This document shows, one piece after another, positions 47,564-57,775 of a stretch of 64,000 nt of DNA. A model generated the notes under the pieces. The model searched no databases and was not told the DNA's origin. It saw only the letters and a program-made list of their open reading frames with translations. Numbering within the stretch: the first letter of the stretch is position 1; every line of letters starts with the position of its first letter. The translations under genes and the position numbers were made by a program. The stretch lies in the IMG/VR virus record IMGVR_UViG_3300009506_000003, positions 68,594 through 132,593 of that record; one strand, 5' to 3'. This DNA is from a virus.

Positions 47564-47925
47564 GCGACGACCCAGAAAGAGGATGTCTCAAGGAGGTCTA
47601 CCGTGGGCACGAGCTCGAGGTGAAGCGTGAGCAAGCCATGGGTGGCTGGGACAACCTCTACTACTCGGCCTACCGGGTGAGAGATGGCTACGGAGCCATC
47701 GACAGCTTCACCTCTGACGAGAGCCCGCTCGCTGACTTCATGAAGGAGCTGAAGGAGATGCTCGATGAGCGCATGAAGGAGGTGAAGGAGGCCTACCCTG
47801 ATGGTCATTGCATCTGCGGGGAGACCATCCCTGAAGATGCGACCAGCGAAAGCGATTGTGAGAAATGCGGTCACGAGTTCTGCAGCTTCGCTGAAGATGC
47901 AGACGATGTTGACCTGCTAGACTGA
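47560..47925 (+). CDS. Hypothetical protein
   Basis: Coupled ORF. Confidence 0.6.
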   Translation: MSDDPERGCLKEVYRGHELEVKREQAMGGWDNLYYSAYRVRDGYGAIDSFTSDESPLADFMKELKEMLDERMKEVKEAYPDGHCICGETIPEDATSESDCEKCGHEFCSFAEDADDVDLLD

Positions 47926-47927
47926 AC

Positions 47928-47955
47928 TGAGCGACCTTCGGGTCGCTCTTTTAGC
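47928..47955 (+). terminator. Intrinsic terminator
   Basis: GAGCGACC-TTCG-GGTCGCTC then TTTTAGC. Confidence 0.85.
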
Positions 47956-47988
47956 CCTGCTGAGGTAGAAGACGTTTGGAGGTGAGCG

Positions 47989-49257
47989 ATGGCTATTGAC
48001 ACTGGTGCACTGAGGACTGCCACTGAGGCAGCTCTTGATACCAACATGCAGACCAACATGCCTGACTCGGGACCAGACCACCGGGAGGTCATGAAGAAGG
48101 TGGTTGCAGAAGCAGCCGTCCAGGCAGCTATCGCCCACAACGCTGATGCAGGTGGGGTTCCTGCACACACCCATGTTGAGGCTGACATCACAGACCTAGA
48201 CCACACCGACCCGAGCGCCATCCACAACAACGTGGCCGGGGAGATCAACGCCATCACGGAAAAGACCACTCCGGTTGGCGCTGACATCATAGCCATCGAG
48301 GACTCTGAGGCGTCCTTTGCCAAGAAGAAGCTCACCCTCACCAACTTGATGACTCTTGCTCCCGCCGGCGGCGGAGGTGGAGGCGGTACCGTCGTTGATG
48401 GCGCAGCGTCTGTGACACCTCTTTCTCAGTCCATCTCCTCCTCAGTGGCCACGTACATGCTCGACAGCTCTATGTATTCGGCATGGGTGGAGAACACGAA
48501 CTGGAAGAGGAACATCCCAGACTCAGGGGACGTGGCCTACGACGGAAGTAAGTACATCGTGGTCAGCGCCACAGGAAGGTACCGAGTCTACGGCACGGCC
48601 TACATCTACGGTGGCTCGGGCATTGCGGTACTTGACTTGCTGATCAATGGTGGCTCGGTGTGGACTGCTTCCCCCTATGTCCACGGCTCAGTCGACCCAG
48701 TAGAGCGCTCCTTCTCAGTCCTTTTGAATCTGACCGCCGGCGACACGATTGAAGTACGCATGGATGGCACGGTCAACATGGCCTGGGACGCTGGGTGCTC
48801 ACTCAACGTGGAGCGCGCGGACCCTGTCCCTGTTCTGAAGAAAGTGCTGTACGGGGCGCAGTACTCATCCACAGCGTCGAACGCTTCCAGCTATCCCTAC
48901 ACGTACTGGGTTTCGTTCTTCGACTACAGCTACTTCTACGCCAGCTCGGTTTCCTACGAAGACTGCAGGAAAGTGCCCATTCCAGGCCCCGGCAACATAG
49001 TGAAGGTGTTCGTCAAAACGGCTCAGACTTCCTACCCAAACACCAAGACTGCCCCTACTGACTTCCAACTACGGAAGAACGGGGCGGACGTGGCCGGGGC
49101 TTCATTCTCTGTGCCTGCAGGTGCCCCAGCGGACACCATCTACGAAGTCACAGGGTCTTGGCCGTACAACGACGGTGACGAGATGTGCCTCAAGGCGGAC
49201 ACAGGCTCCACTGGGAACTGCTACATCAAGACAGTGGGCTTGGTCGTAGAAGTCTGA
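47989..49257 (+). CDS. Putative fibre/receptor-binding protein with C1q/TNF-like beta domains
   Basis: HTHVEADITDL fibre repeat, poly-Gly linker, G.YRVYG and LNLTAGDTIEV C1q-like strands. Confidence 0.6.
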   Translation: MAIDTGALRTATEAALDTNMQTNMPDSGPDHREVMKKVVAEAAVQAAIAHNADAGGVPAHTHVEADITDLDHTDPSAIHNNVAGEINAITEKTTPVGADIIAIEDSEASFAKKKLTLTNLMTLAPAGGGGGGGTVVDGAASVTPLSQSISSSVATYMLDSSMYSAWVENTNWKRNIPDSGDVAYDGSKYIVVSATGRYRVYGTAYIYGGSGIAVLDLLINGGSVWTASPYVHGSVDPVERSFSVLLNLTAGDTIEVRMDGTVNMAWDAGCSLNVERADPVPVLKKVLYGAQYSSTASNASSYPYTYWVSFFDYSYFYASSVSYEDCRKVPIPGPGNIVKVFVKTAQTSYPNTKTAPTDFQLRKNGADVAGASFSVPAGAPADTIYEVTGSWPYNDGDEMCLKADTGSTGNCYIKTVGLVVEV

Positions 49258-49337
49258 TCCTCCTGCGAAAGCGCTTTCACTTCTCGTCATAAGGGTTGTG
49301 GACGGCACTTTTGCCGGCGCTTTCAGGAGGAATACCA

Positions 49338-50414
49338 ATGTCCAACGAAAAGGATGAGCTGAATCTCCAGCTCCAGATCAACCTCACCTACGACCTTGAT
49401 GGCGCAAGCCGCAAAGACATCATCAGGATGCTCGAGGGCGTGGCCGAACGGATGGCTGGCATGGGAGGCTTCACTGACGACTCCCCGGCCACCGTGCGCT
49501 GCTACGACTCCCAAGTCTTCGTGTGGGACGAAGAAGAGAAGACGCAGGATGCCTACTACGTAGAGTGCGATCAATGCGCCCGCTACGCTACGGATAAGGC
49601 CCCTGGTGACCCATGCGATCACTGCCCCGGAGAGATGTTCAAGCCGGCGGACCACATCAAGGTCCAGCCCGTCTTGCACGCTGAAGCTGAAGATGAATGC
49701 CCGAACTGCAAGTGTGGCACCTTGGGGCACGAGGGCGAGGACCTCGTGTGCAGGGGGGAATGCGGAGCTGTTTTTCCTTCCCCTATCGAAGGAGAGAAGA
49801 TGCTCTCCCGAGGTAGTGAGCTCTTGAGCACCATCGAAAACGAGCTCAACAACCAGAACGACTGGTGCTTCAATGGCGCTCGAATCGAAGTGGCGGTGGC
49901 CGAAGAGAGGACACTCTTTGTGCGCTTTGAAGACGGCTCAGGACTATCGCTTCGAGCTAGAGCCTTCCCAGAGGTCTACGAGCCTGACTGGGAGAAGCTC
50001 AACGGAAGCACATGCGATGACGGAGGTTGCCCTGGGTGGGTGATCGACGCAGAGACAAATGAGATCCAACGCTGCGACACGTGCCAGCGGTTCGACTCAG
50101 ACGACTCGGCTTTGGCCTACGTCCACAACCTGTGGACGATGGATGTTGGAAGACATCTCAAGCACAACGAGGAATCTCTTCCTCAATGGCTGAAGAGTCA
50201 CATTCAGTTCCCGAGGCTGCTGAGTGAGCTGTTGGCTCACATGGAAGTGTCGGAGGACACAGAGACAATGAACGAGCAGGGGTACATGAGCGTGAAGATC
50301 TCAGACCTCTGTGACTCAATGGACCTCGGATGGACCTTGGTGCTCGAGCTGCTGCATCGAGCCGATGCCATCTGGGAACACGAGAAGGCTTTGACCTTCA
50401 GAAGGAGGCCGTGA
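49338..50414 (+). CDS. Multi-domain hypothetical protein with Cys clusters
   Basis: AGGAGG RBS; ATAAG promoter at 49289. Confidence 0.65.
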   Translation: MSNEKDELNLQLQINLTYDLDGASRKDIIRMLEGVAERMAGMGGFTDDSPATVRCYDSQVFVWDEEEKTQDAYYVECDQCARYATDKAPGDPCDHCPGEMFKPADHIKVQPVLHAEAEDECPNCKCGTLGHEGEDLVCRGECGAVFPSPIEGEKMLSRGSELLSTIENELNNQNDWCFNGARIEVAVAEERTLFVRFEDGSGLSLRARAFPEVYEPDWEKLNGSTCDDGGCPGWVIDAETNEIQRCDTCQRFDSDDSALAYVHNLWTMDVGRHLKHNEESLPQWLKSHIQFPRLLSELLAHMEVSEDTETMNEQGYMSVKISDLCDSMDLGWTLVLELLHRADAIWEHEKALTFRRRP

Positions 50415-51340
50415 TGGCACTACCCGACTCTGCATTGAAGAACCTGTATGAGCCCGACTACGCCACCTCGGCTTTCCGCTTCATGGAAGCCAGCCGTGAG
50501 GGGCCTTGCCACTACTGTGGCGAGCACCTCAAGCGGGGATCGATGATCGCAGGGAACTATGGAATCTTGTGGGGTCACCAAGCCTGCGTCATTGCTGCCT
50601 GGCAACGCTGCGAGCTCATCCTCTCTCCCAACAACTCCGATCAGAGAGACACACAGCTTGAGGCGTGCGCCAACAGGCGCTACTGGGGAAACAAGGTGAT
50701 CGCACTCACTGATGCCGAGCTCGAGGTTCGAGGAGAAGGGGTTCTGGATTCTTTCTTGGAGGCCGCGCGTCTCTGCAAGAGAATGAGGGACGAAGGAATC
50801 ACCATCGACCATCGGTCGTTGGAGCGCAGGGTCTTCGAAGATGGAGCCCACAAATGGCCCAACCTCGCAGCGGCTGACGCAGAGGCGTTGAAGGAGCTTG
50901 CTGAGAAGATCAACGAGCCCCTCATCATCTCCCAACAGGTGCCTGAGGGTATCCCTCGGAAGTTTGCCAAGAAGGGAAGGCACCCCTTCCCAGAGTTCTC
51001 CAAGAACCCGTTGGAATACCTCGACAGGCCTCATTCCTGCGAGCACTTCCAAGCGGAGCTCATCCAGATCGTGACGATGCCGACGAGCATGCGCCCGTCC
51101 AAGCACGTCATCAAAGAGTTCGAGATGTGCCCCGAGACCTTGGAGGAAATCGTAGAGCGCATGTGGAAGGAATACTTGCAGGCGAGGTTCGCAGAGTGGA
51201 AGCGCACTCAGCGCACCCTGCCTGCTTGCCCGTTCCACAGGTGGGTTCCCAAGGTTGAGCTCGAGGTCACCGTGACCAAGCTCGACGAGTTTCCCTGGAA
51301 GCGTGCCCTGTGGTGGCGCTGTCAAGGAGGTGACGAATGA
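50414..51340 (+). CDS. Hypothetical protein
   Basis: AAGGAGG RBS. Confidence 0.65.
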   Translation: MALPDSALKNLYEPDYATSAFRFMEASREGPCHYCGEHLKRGSMIAGNYGILWGHQACVIAAWQRCELILSPNNSDQRDTQLEACANRRYWGNKVIALTDAELEVRGEGVLDSFLEAARLCKRMRDEGITIDHRSLERRVFEDGAHKWPNLAAADAEALKELAEKINEPLIISQQVPEGIPRKFAKKGRHPFPEFSKNPLEYLDRPHSCEHFQAELIQIVTMPTSMRPSKHVIKEFEMCPETLEEIVERMWKEYLQARFAEWKRTQRTLPACPFHRWVPKVELEVTVTKLDEFPWKRALWWRCQGGDE

Positions 51341-51729
51341 GCCAGTCTACCGACGCTCTCCTCTACTACGGCATCAACATCGCCCACGACGAGGAGGGGG
51401 ACTACCCTGACAAGTTCATCGCTCTCGAAGATGATGCTCCGGACTTCTTCGAATGGCTTGAGAGCCAGGTGAAAGACTTCAACAAGGAGCACAGCACCGA
51501 GTTCGAGGCGGCTTTTCACTGCTGCACGAACTGCCAGGGCTACTACATTACGCTGGGCGGAATATACCAATTCCGAGCATGGCGTGGTGAGCCCAGAAAG
51601 CTGGACGGAGTGTGGCCTGAAGTTGGGGCGACGGCTATCACGTATCTTCTCCAGCTCGCTTTGGAGATGGGAGTTGATGACCCCGCCTCCAAGATTGGCT
51701 GGTGGCTCGCTAGCTACGGAGAGATGTGA
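51337..51729 (+). CDS. Hypothetical protein
   Basis: AAGGAGG RBS. Confidence 0.65.
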   Translation: MSQSTDALLYYGINIAHDEEGDYPDKFIALEDDAPDFFEWLESQVKDFNKEHSTEFEAAFHCCTNCQGYYITLGGIYQFRAWRGEPRKLDGVWPEVGATAITYLLQLALEMGVDDPASKIGWWLASYGEM

Positions 51730-52013
51730 TGGCTTGTGCAGATCCAGGGCTCTTCTCGAAGGATGGTCGGTTCGACATCATCGAGGCTTGGTACGTTTGG
51801 CTCTGCACGCACCACAATGGTCAGGGCGCCCATCGGGGTAGCCCTGACTGGTGGTGCAGCTACTCCAATCTCTCCACCATGGAGACTCGCTTCAGGTTCC
51901 GGCCTCGGCCGAACCTGAGGTACGAAACCCTCTCCGAAAGAGGAAAGGAGATACACGACAACCTGTGCAGGCGCTGTGGATTCTGCGACTGCTTGGAGAA
52001 TGACAATGGCTGA
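51726..52013 (+). CDS. Hypothetical protein
   Basis: Coupled ORF. Confidence 0.6.
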   Translation: MMACADPGLFSKDGRFDIIEAWYVWLCTHHNGQGAHRGSPDWWCSYSNLSTMETRFRFRPRPNLRYETLSERGKEIHDNLCRRCGFCDCLENDNG

Positions 52014-52431
52014 TACAAAGAAGCTCGAAGAGCACTTCGAGAAACTCACCGAGATCCTGAAGAAGGGAATGGCTGCGCTGGAAGGCTTCGATGAAGACAA
52101 CGACGAAGCTGATGGCGTACAGGCATCCATTCAACGATTGGCTGACACCCTGCACCAACGTGTGGCCAGTATCCCCAAAGACGCTCAGTACGTGAGGCTG
52201 TCAAAGCTGAACGCATTTCTATTGGTGGAGGTCATGTGCGGGTGGGCCAAGGCGCTGGAAGGCGTGGGGGAAGAGTTCAGGAGCCTGGCCGAAGAAGCAG
52301 GCAAGGCTATCAGTGCTTTGGACGAAGCCAACGAGGAGTTTGACTCCGAGAAGGAGAAGCTCCTCGAGCTACTCGAAGAGCATGCCCCCGAGCTCGACAT
52401 CACAAGCGACCTACGGGAGGCAGAAAGGTAA
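52000..52431 (+). CDS. Helical hypothetical protein
   Basis: GGAG RBS. Confidence 0.6.
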   Translation: MTMADTKKLEEHFEKLTEILKKGMAALEGFDEDNDEADGVQASIQRLADTLHQRVASIPKDAQYVRLSKLNAFLLVEVMCGWAKALEGVGEEFRSLAEEAGKAISALDEANEEFDSEKEKLLELLEEHAPELDITSDLREAER

Positions 52432-52436
52432 CCTCA

Positions 52437-52655
52437 ATGAGGAACCATCCTCGCAGACATCGAATAGAGGCGGCCATGCGGTCCTTTGAACGGGCCAATC
52501 GGCGCCCCTACTACTTCTGCGCCTGCGGGGCTGAGTTCCTCAAAGGCGAACGGGCTCGGTACTACGCTCACAAGAGCAGGTGCGAGCCCAAGGAAGACAA
52601 CACCAAACATCAGCCCACTCAGCTCGGGCTGTTCAGAGAGGAAAAGGCATGCTGA
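52437..52655 (+). CDS. Hypothetical protein
   Basis: Packed ORF. Confidence 0.5.
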   Translation: MRNHPRRHRIEAAMRSFERANRRPYYFCACGAEFLKGERARYYAHKSRCEPKEDNTKHQPTQLGLFREEKAC

Positions 52656-52957
52656 AAGCACACGAGTTGGTGGCCCTCGAAGCAAGAGGAGCCTTCCACT
52701 CAGCAGAAGAGCTCTTGGAATGTGCCAAGCAGCTCTGCCACCTTCACTCGAACTCCTTGGAGAGGATGAACATCAACAAGGACGACGTGGAAATGATGGT
52801 GGCGACAGCAGAGACTGCTCAGCTCACGTTGGGCAGGCTGCTCCAGACCAACAGGTTCCTCCACCACGCCTACCGGAGTCTCGTGGAACGGAAGCAAGAC
52901 AACGACGGCCTGCTGACCTTGGCCTTTCCAACGGAGGACGACGATGGCGTTTCCTGA
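52649..52957 (+). CDS. Hypothetical protein
   Basis: Overlapping ORF with RBS. Confidence 0.55.
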   Translation: MLKAHELVALEARGAFHSAEELLECAKQLCHLHSNSLERMNINKDDVEMMVATAETAQLTLGRLLQTNRFLHHAYRSLVERKQDNDGLLTLAFPTEDDDGVS

Positions 52958-53333
52958 GAGGGAAGTGTGGTTCGCATGGAAGGAGTTCTCCGTCGTTGAC
53001 GGAGAGTCCACCCCCAGGCTGCTCATTCCGTGGGGCGACCCCATGGAGTACGAGCACCCTGCTGATGGCATCTTCGACACACCTGAGGAAGCTGAAGAGT
53101 GGAAGCAAGAGAACGCCCCCGATGAGGAGTGGGTTCTTTGCAGAGTGACGTACGAGCCCATCTCAGCGTGGCGGCAATGCCCCGACTGCAACGAGGTGAA
53201 GCTCTACGATGCCAACGTGTGGCGCAACTACAGCAACAAGCCGGGAAGCGGAACCCGCTATGTGTGTGGAGAGTGCTTCCGAAGGGGGAACGATGAAGGT
53301 TCGTCTGAATCTGGCAGCGCTGACCAGGCTTGA
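52944..53333 (+). CDS. Hypothetical protein
   Basis: GGAGG RBS. Confidence 0.6.
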   Translation: MAFPEREVWFAWKEFSVVDGESTPRLLIPWGDPMEYEHPADGIFDTPEEAEEWKQENAPDEEWVLCRVTYEPISAWRQCPDCNEVKLYDANVWRNYSNKPGSGTRYVCGECFRRGNDEGSSESGSADQA

Positions 53334-53517
53334 GTTCAGCAAGGAAGTCGAGGTTCCCGACAACATCACCTCTCACGAGCTCGACGACCTGGTCCGCAAG
53401 GCCTGGGACGAGAGCGACTACGAGGACTTCTCTGAAGACCACGAGTACTTCGAGAAGGGGCACTGTTGGTGGGACAAGCTCGACGAGGACGGAGAAGTCA
53501 CTTGCTCGTCATCATAG
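53293..53517 (+). CDS. Hypothetical acidic protein
   Basis: RBS; operon context. Confidence 0.6.
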   Translation: MKVRLNLAALTRLEFSKEVEVPDNITSHELDDLVRKAWDESDYEDFSEDHEYFEKGHCWWDKLDEDGEVTCSSS

Positions 53518-53879
53518 CGGGCACGCGCCACAAGATTGACCCACAGCTCCTCGAGCAGGCTATCGCTGAGAGCGGCTTCGACATCACGTGTGTGATTTCG
53601 GGTGCCGCTCAAGGCGTAGACCTGCTAGGGGAGCGTTGGGCTCAGGACCGGGGGATCTGTGTGAGGTCCTTCCCGGCTGATTGGGAGAGGTACGGCCGAG
53701 GAGCCGGACCTCGAAGGAACGAGGAGATGGCGTGCGTCGGGGAAGCTCTCATAGCCCTGCCGTGCGCTCACTCCAAAGGAACCAAGGACATGATCGAGCG
53801 GGCGCGCAGGCACCGGCTCAAGATCTTTCAGATGGAGGTACCATGTCAGAGCAAACCAAGAGTCCGGAAGAGGACCTAG
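53502..53879 (+). CDS. SLOG family (YspA/DUF2493-like) protein
   Basis: VIIAGTR...VISGAAQGVD..GERWA...FPADW..YGRGAGPRRN.EMA...SKGTKDMI. Confidence 0.8.
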   Translation: MLVIIAGTRHKIDPQLLEQAIAESGFDITCVISGAAQGVDLLGERWAQDRGICVRSFPADWERYGRGAGPRRNEEMACVGEALIALPCAHSKGTKDMIERARRHRLKIFQMEVPCQSKPRVRKRT

Positions 53880-54757
53880 ACGAGCTCGTCCACGAGGCGT
53901 GCTCGGAGATAGCTTCCAGCATCAACAACTCAGGTGAGGAGGCGCAGCGTGAGTTCCTGCGTGACGGAATCCCCCTGGTTGGTGACCGGCACGACCAGAG
54001 CAACCACCTGATGGCAGCCATGTGCCGCCTCGAGCAATGCTACGATCAAGTGGCTCATGTGTATCGAGAGCTCTCTGGGCTCAACAAGTACCCGACCAAT
54101 GTAAGTCAGGACTTGGCCCAGCTCATCTCGATGAGCCACCAACAGGCCAAGGCCAAGAAGTTCACCCCTCGGGTGCAGACCAACAGCCTGCGCAGTATTC
54201 CGGGTCGCGGTCTGGTCCTCGATTGCACCATTCTTGATGGCTCGCCGGCGGCGTCGTTCATCAATGAGAGCATCCGGTACAATGGCAAGCTCTACCGCAT
54301 CACCAGAGCGGAAGTGAGCTCGGCTGCCAAGCACCGAGTAGGCTTTCAGGTCTTCGAAGAGGCAGAGCTGCCACCACGGCACGAGCCTGTGAACTACCGG
54401 TTCCAATCCTCTGCCCCAGAGATGCAGTTCCTTCCCTCCCGGCCTGCGAGGGATGTCTTTGCCAGAGGCGTCCTGGACAAGGCGTGGGAGGAGCAGAAGA
54501 AGCGTCCCTGGACCATCCAGCACGACTACGCCGACCTCGAGCTCAGGGTGTTCGCTCTGGCGCTCAAGCAGATGGGCCTGGGCGAGTGGTACCACGAGCT
54601 CATAGAGATGGTCTGCTTCCCCGACGTCGACGATCTCAACTACATCCGTGACCAGATCAAGGAGCACCTGAACGATGAGCGAGTCCGCTTCCTCCAGGAG
54701 CCCAAAGCCCCTGGAGAAGGGGATGAGGGTGTACCTGAAGACCGTCGAGATCGGTGA
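53843..54757 (+). CDS. Hypothetical multi-domain protein
   Basis: GGAGG RBS. Confidence 0.65.
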   Translation: MSEQTKSPEEDLDELVHEACSEIASSINNSGEEAQREFLRDGIPLVGDRHDQSNHLMAAMCRLEQCYDQVAHVYRELSGLNKYPTNVSQDLAQLISMSHQQAKAKKFTPRVQTNSLRSIPGRGLVLDCTILDGSPAASFINESIRYNGKLYRITRAEVSSAAKHRVGFQVFEEAELPPRHEPVNYRFQSSAPEMQFLPSRPARDVFARGVLDKAWEEQKKRPWTIQHDYADLELRVFALALKQMGLGEWYHELIEMVCFPDVDDLNYIRDQIKEHLNDERVRFLQEPKAPGEGDEGVPEDRRDR

Positions 54758-54959
54758 GTCATTGGGCATCAAGCCCTTCAAGCAACGTGGTGGAGAGGCT
54801 GAGGTCGTCAGTATCTCTGAAGACAAGGAGGGTCAGCCTCTCTACTACGTCCGCCTGCTGAAGAATGGCAGGCAACGAATTGCCCGCCGTGAAGACCTCA
54901 CGGTGCGGCGCAAGCAACCCAAACCAAGACCTGAGAAAGGAAAGAGACATGCTACCTGA
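54723..54959 (+). CDS. Hypothetical protein
   Basis: RBS; operon context. Confidence 0.55.
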   Translation: MRVYLKTVEIGESLGIKPFKQRGGEAEVVSISEDKEGQPLYYVRLLKNGRQRIARREDLTVRRKQPKPRPEKGKRHAT

Positions 54960-55812
54960 AAGCATGCCCCACTGCCCCTGCTCATACAAAGACTGGCGAG
55001 GTGGAGGTGGTTACGTTGGACCCGGCATGGCCTACACCAACTTTACCTGCGGCCACTGTGGCAGAGGAGCAATGGAAATCAGCGCCCACTACTCCGGCCC
55101 GCTAGTGCTCATCTCGAAGGTGGACCAAGCCATCAGCGACTACGCCAACAACCATTTGATCATCCAGTGGAGGGCAAAGGAGGACGAAGCCAGGGAGTAC
55201 TACCGGAAGCACGAGAAGAAGTGGCTCACACCGCTGCCTCCTCGACTGCCTTCAGAGATTGACATCGTCTACCGGATGAATGGGAATGACGAGGAGGGCA
55301 ACCCTCTCTGGATCCCAGTCACCCACGGTGAATGCTACGACATCACTACTCCCCCAGACCCCATTCGTGTTCGCCACGACGAGCACTGGAACGGAATCTG
55401 GAAGGAGCTGCATGACGCCGGCGTCATTCCTCATGATGTGGAGATCACCGAAGCGAAGAACGGCTACTACGACGACAAGGGCAAGGAGCCTTGGTACACG
55501 TTCGTTCTTCACGACACCACATTTCGGGTCGGGCCTCGCAAGCGCGTGGTAGCCATCCAAGCCGCGAGGGATGACCCGTTCGTTGTTGGCGCCATTGCTG
55601 AGCTCGCTCGGCAGGCCAACACGACCTACTACGCTGACGGCAACTGGCAGCCCTGGACGCTGCCCGTAGCTCGTGAGATAGAGGTCCATGCTTGGAAGCG
55701 TGAGGACGTAATCCTCTATTTGACCACCATCATCAAAGACCTGTCGGGAGACCACCATGTCGGACAAGAAGCAAGAAGCGAAGAAGCCGGAAGAGAAGAA
55801 GCTCAGCCCTGA
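54949..55812 (+). CDS. Hypothetical protein
   Basis: AAGGA RBS. Confidence 0.65.
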   Translation: MLPESMPHCPCSYKDWRGGGGYVGPGMAYTNFTCGHCGRGAMEISAHYSGPLVLISKVDQAISDYANNHLIIQWRAKEDEAREYYRKHEKKWLTPLPPRLPSEIDIVYRMNGNDEEGNPLWIPVTHGECYDITTPPDPIRVRHDEHWNGIWKELHDAGVIPHDVEITEAKNGYYDDKGKEPWYTFVLHDTTFRVGPRKRVVAIQAARDDPFVVGAIAELARQANTTYYADGNWQPWTLPVAREIEVHAWKREDVILYLTTIIKDLSGDHHVGQEARSEEAGREEAQP

Positions 55813-56350
55813 GGAAACCTTGAAAGCAGCCCGGAAGGACGTCGAGGCCATCCGAGCGAAGTTCAAGTCCGACCGGGCAGAGATGGAGAATGCTCGGAAA
55901 GAAAGCCTGCGGGAATCCGTGGGAACTCGAGGCCGGGAGCTCAACAAGTTGAAGGCTGCCTCTGACACAGAGAAGGCGAAGCACAACGACGTCTACCAGC
56001 AGACGACGGCCAAGATCCAGCAGGAGTTCAAAGAGTCTTTGCAGATCTTGGAATCCGAACGGGATGACGCCATCGCCAAGGCGAAAGCCGAGAAGGAAGA
56101 AGCCTACAAAGCCATCAATGCCAAGCTCCAGAAGGACTCGGAGCCCATCAAGGAGAAGCACAAGGCCGACGTGGCTGAGACCGAAGAGAGCTTCACTCTC
56201 GAGATGGGCAAGATCGACGAAGCTGAGTCCGAGGCCATGCAAGTCCTCAATCGGGAAATCGAGGTCCTCGAGAAAAAGGTCGAGAAGCGCAAGTCGAAGA
56301 AGCCCAAACCCAAGAAGTCTGAGGCCGAGCCGGCGGGAGCTTCAGCATGA
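55757..56350 (+). CDS. Lys/Glu-rich coiled-coil protein
   Basis: GGGAG RBS. Confidence 0.65.
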   Translation: MSDKKQEAKKPEEKKLSPEETLKAARKDVEAIRAKFKSDRAEMENARKESLRESVGTRGRELNKLKAASDTEKAKHNDVYQQTTAKIQQEFKESLQILESERDDAIAKAKAEKEEAYKAINAKLQKDSEPIKEKHKADVAETEESFTLEMGKIDEAESEAMQVLNREIEVLEKKVEKRKSKKPKPKKSEAEPAGASA

Positions 56351-56601
56351 GCGACGACCGAAACGAATACGTGAGCATCGAGTTCGACAAGCTCGTCCGG
56401 CAGTCCAAGCCTGGCAGCCACAACCAGGGCGCTTTCCTCATCGAGGTCGATGGGGATGAGTTCTGGGTGGCCAAGAGTCAGGTGGACAACGTGGACGAGC
56501 TCATGGACGACCTCGAGCTCCCTGAGCATCGGCGTGAGGCTGATTCGATTGAGGTGCCAAAGTGGTTGGCTGTCGAAAATGGCTGGCTCGACGAAGACTG
56601 A
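56347..56601 (+). CDS. Hypothetical protein
   Basis: Coupled; FWVAKSQV...IEVPKWLA...G. Confidence 0.65.
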   Translation: MSDDRNEYVSIEFDKLVRQSKPGSHNQGAFLIEVDGDEFWVAKSQVDNVDELMDDLELPEHRREADSIEVPKWLAVENGWLDED

Positions 56602-57180
56602 GGCGCTTGTACGGGAGCTTGGAAGAATACCCTCCTACGCAGGTGGGACTCTCCAAGCTCCTGCATCACAACCTCCGGCTACTACATAGAGTCGAAGTTG
56701 TCACCGAAGCTCCGGGACTGGTCCGCTTCGGCCTCGTCTTCAGCTTTTGGGTGTTCTTCTTCACCTTCAACATCTACCCGTGGTGGGCGCGCAGACGTGC
56801 ACAGACGTTGCTCACGCAATACGTTGCTGTCGGGACTGTCGTCACCACTGTGATTGTCGAATGAGGAGGCGCTAGAGGGTCAAGCGGCTACCTGGACTTT
56901 TGGGAGCCGCACCCTCACTCCCCAAGCCCTCATGAGCTGGCGCATGTGCGCCCTCAGCACAGGGTCATGGGTCGTTTTGAGCCTCTCTTTCAGTTTCCTC
57001 AGGTGCTCCTTCGGAGAATCACCTGAGGAGCCGATCTCGGTCGCGTTCCAGACCATGACTTCCTCCTACACATCTTCTATGTATTTTACCACAACGTCAC
57101 ATTTTTGGTTGTTGTTTCACAAAGTTGTGGTAGGAAGATGTCTCACATTCATTTCACCCTCAGATAGGGAGACCAGAGCA

Positions 57181-57378
57181 ATGACTCAGCAAGTGACCAT
57201 CAACGAAGCCCAGAAGGCGGCTCTCAAGACCATCGTGGATGGTGGCCGTCAGTCTGCTGACACCTTCAACAAGCGGACCATCTTCGCCCTCGAGAACCGC
57301 GGTCTCGTCAAGACGACCGAGAACAAGAAGGGCATCTTCGTGGCCCCGACCGCGAAGGGGAAGAAGGCCCTCAACTAG
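57181..57378 (+). CDS. Small winged-helix-like protein
   Basis: GGGAG RBS; RTIFALENRGLV...TAKG; AT-rich upstream region with inverted repeat. Confidence 0.7.
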   Translation: MTQQVTINEAQKAALKTIVDGGRQSADTFNKRTIFALENRGLVKTTENKKGIFVAPTAKGKKALN

Positions 57379-57407
57379 CCAACCGCCACGGCTTTGGTCA
57401 TGGCGTA

Positions 57408-57449
57408 GAGCCCGGCCGCCTTCATTGGTGACCGGGCTCTTTTTTTAGC
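57408..57449 (+). terminator. Intrinsic terminator between convergent units
   Basis: AGAGCCCGGCCGCC ... GGTGACCGGGCTCT then TTTTTTAGC. Confidence 0.8.
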
Positions 57450-57452
57450 GAG

Positions 57453-57543
57453 TGGTGGGTAGGGAAGGATTCGAACCTCCAGTGGCCACTGTCGTGACTC
57501 CGGGTCTACAGCCCGGCGCGTTCAGCCATTTCGCTACCTACCC
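57453..57543 (-). tRNA. tRNA-Tyr(GTA)
   Basis: Cloverleaf, long variable arm, CT-GTA-GA loop, CCA. Confidence 0.93.
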
Positions 57544-57546
57544 ACG

Positions 57547-57620
57547 TGGAAGAGGAGCTGGGAATCGAACCCAGATGAACTGGTCCAAAGCCAGTTGCCC
57601 TGCCATTGAGCGACTCCTCC
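57547..57620 (-). tRNA. tRNA-Gln(TTG)
   Basis: ACTGG-CT-TTG-GA-CCAGT; CCA. Confidence 0.92.
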
Positions 57621-57623
57621 GTT

Positions 57624-57699
57624 TGGATGGGGAGGCGGGGGTCGAACCCACAACCTCCTGATTCAGAATCAGGCGCTCCACCAGTTGAGCTACTCCCCA
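57624..57699 (-). tRNA. tRNA-Gln(CTG)
   Basis: CCTGA-TT-CTG-AA-TCAGG; CCA. Confidence 0.92.
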
Positions 57700-57700
57700 A

Positions 57701-57774
57701 TGGAAGCCGAGACCGGATTCGAACCGGTGATGCCTGGGTTGCAGCCAGGTGCCTTTCCACTTGGCTACTCGGCT
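57701..57774 (-). tRNA. tRNA-Cys(GCA)
   Basis: CCTGG-CT-GCA-AC-CCAGG; U73; CCA. Confidence 0.93.
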
Positions 57775-57775
57775 T

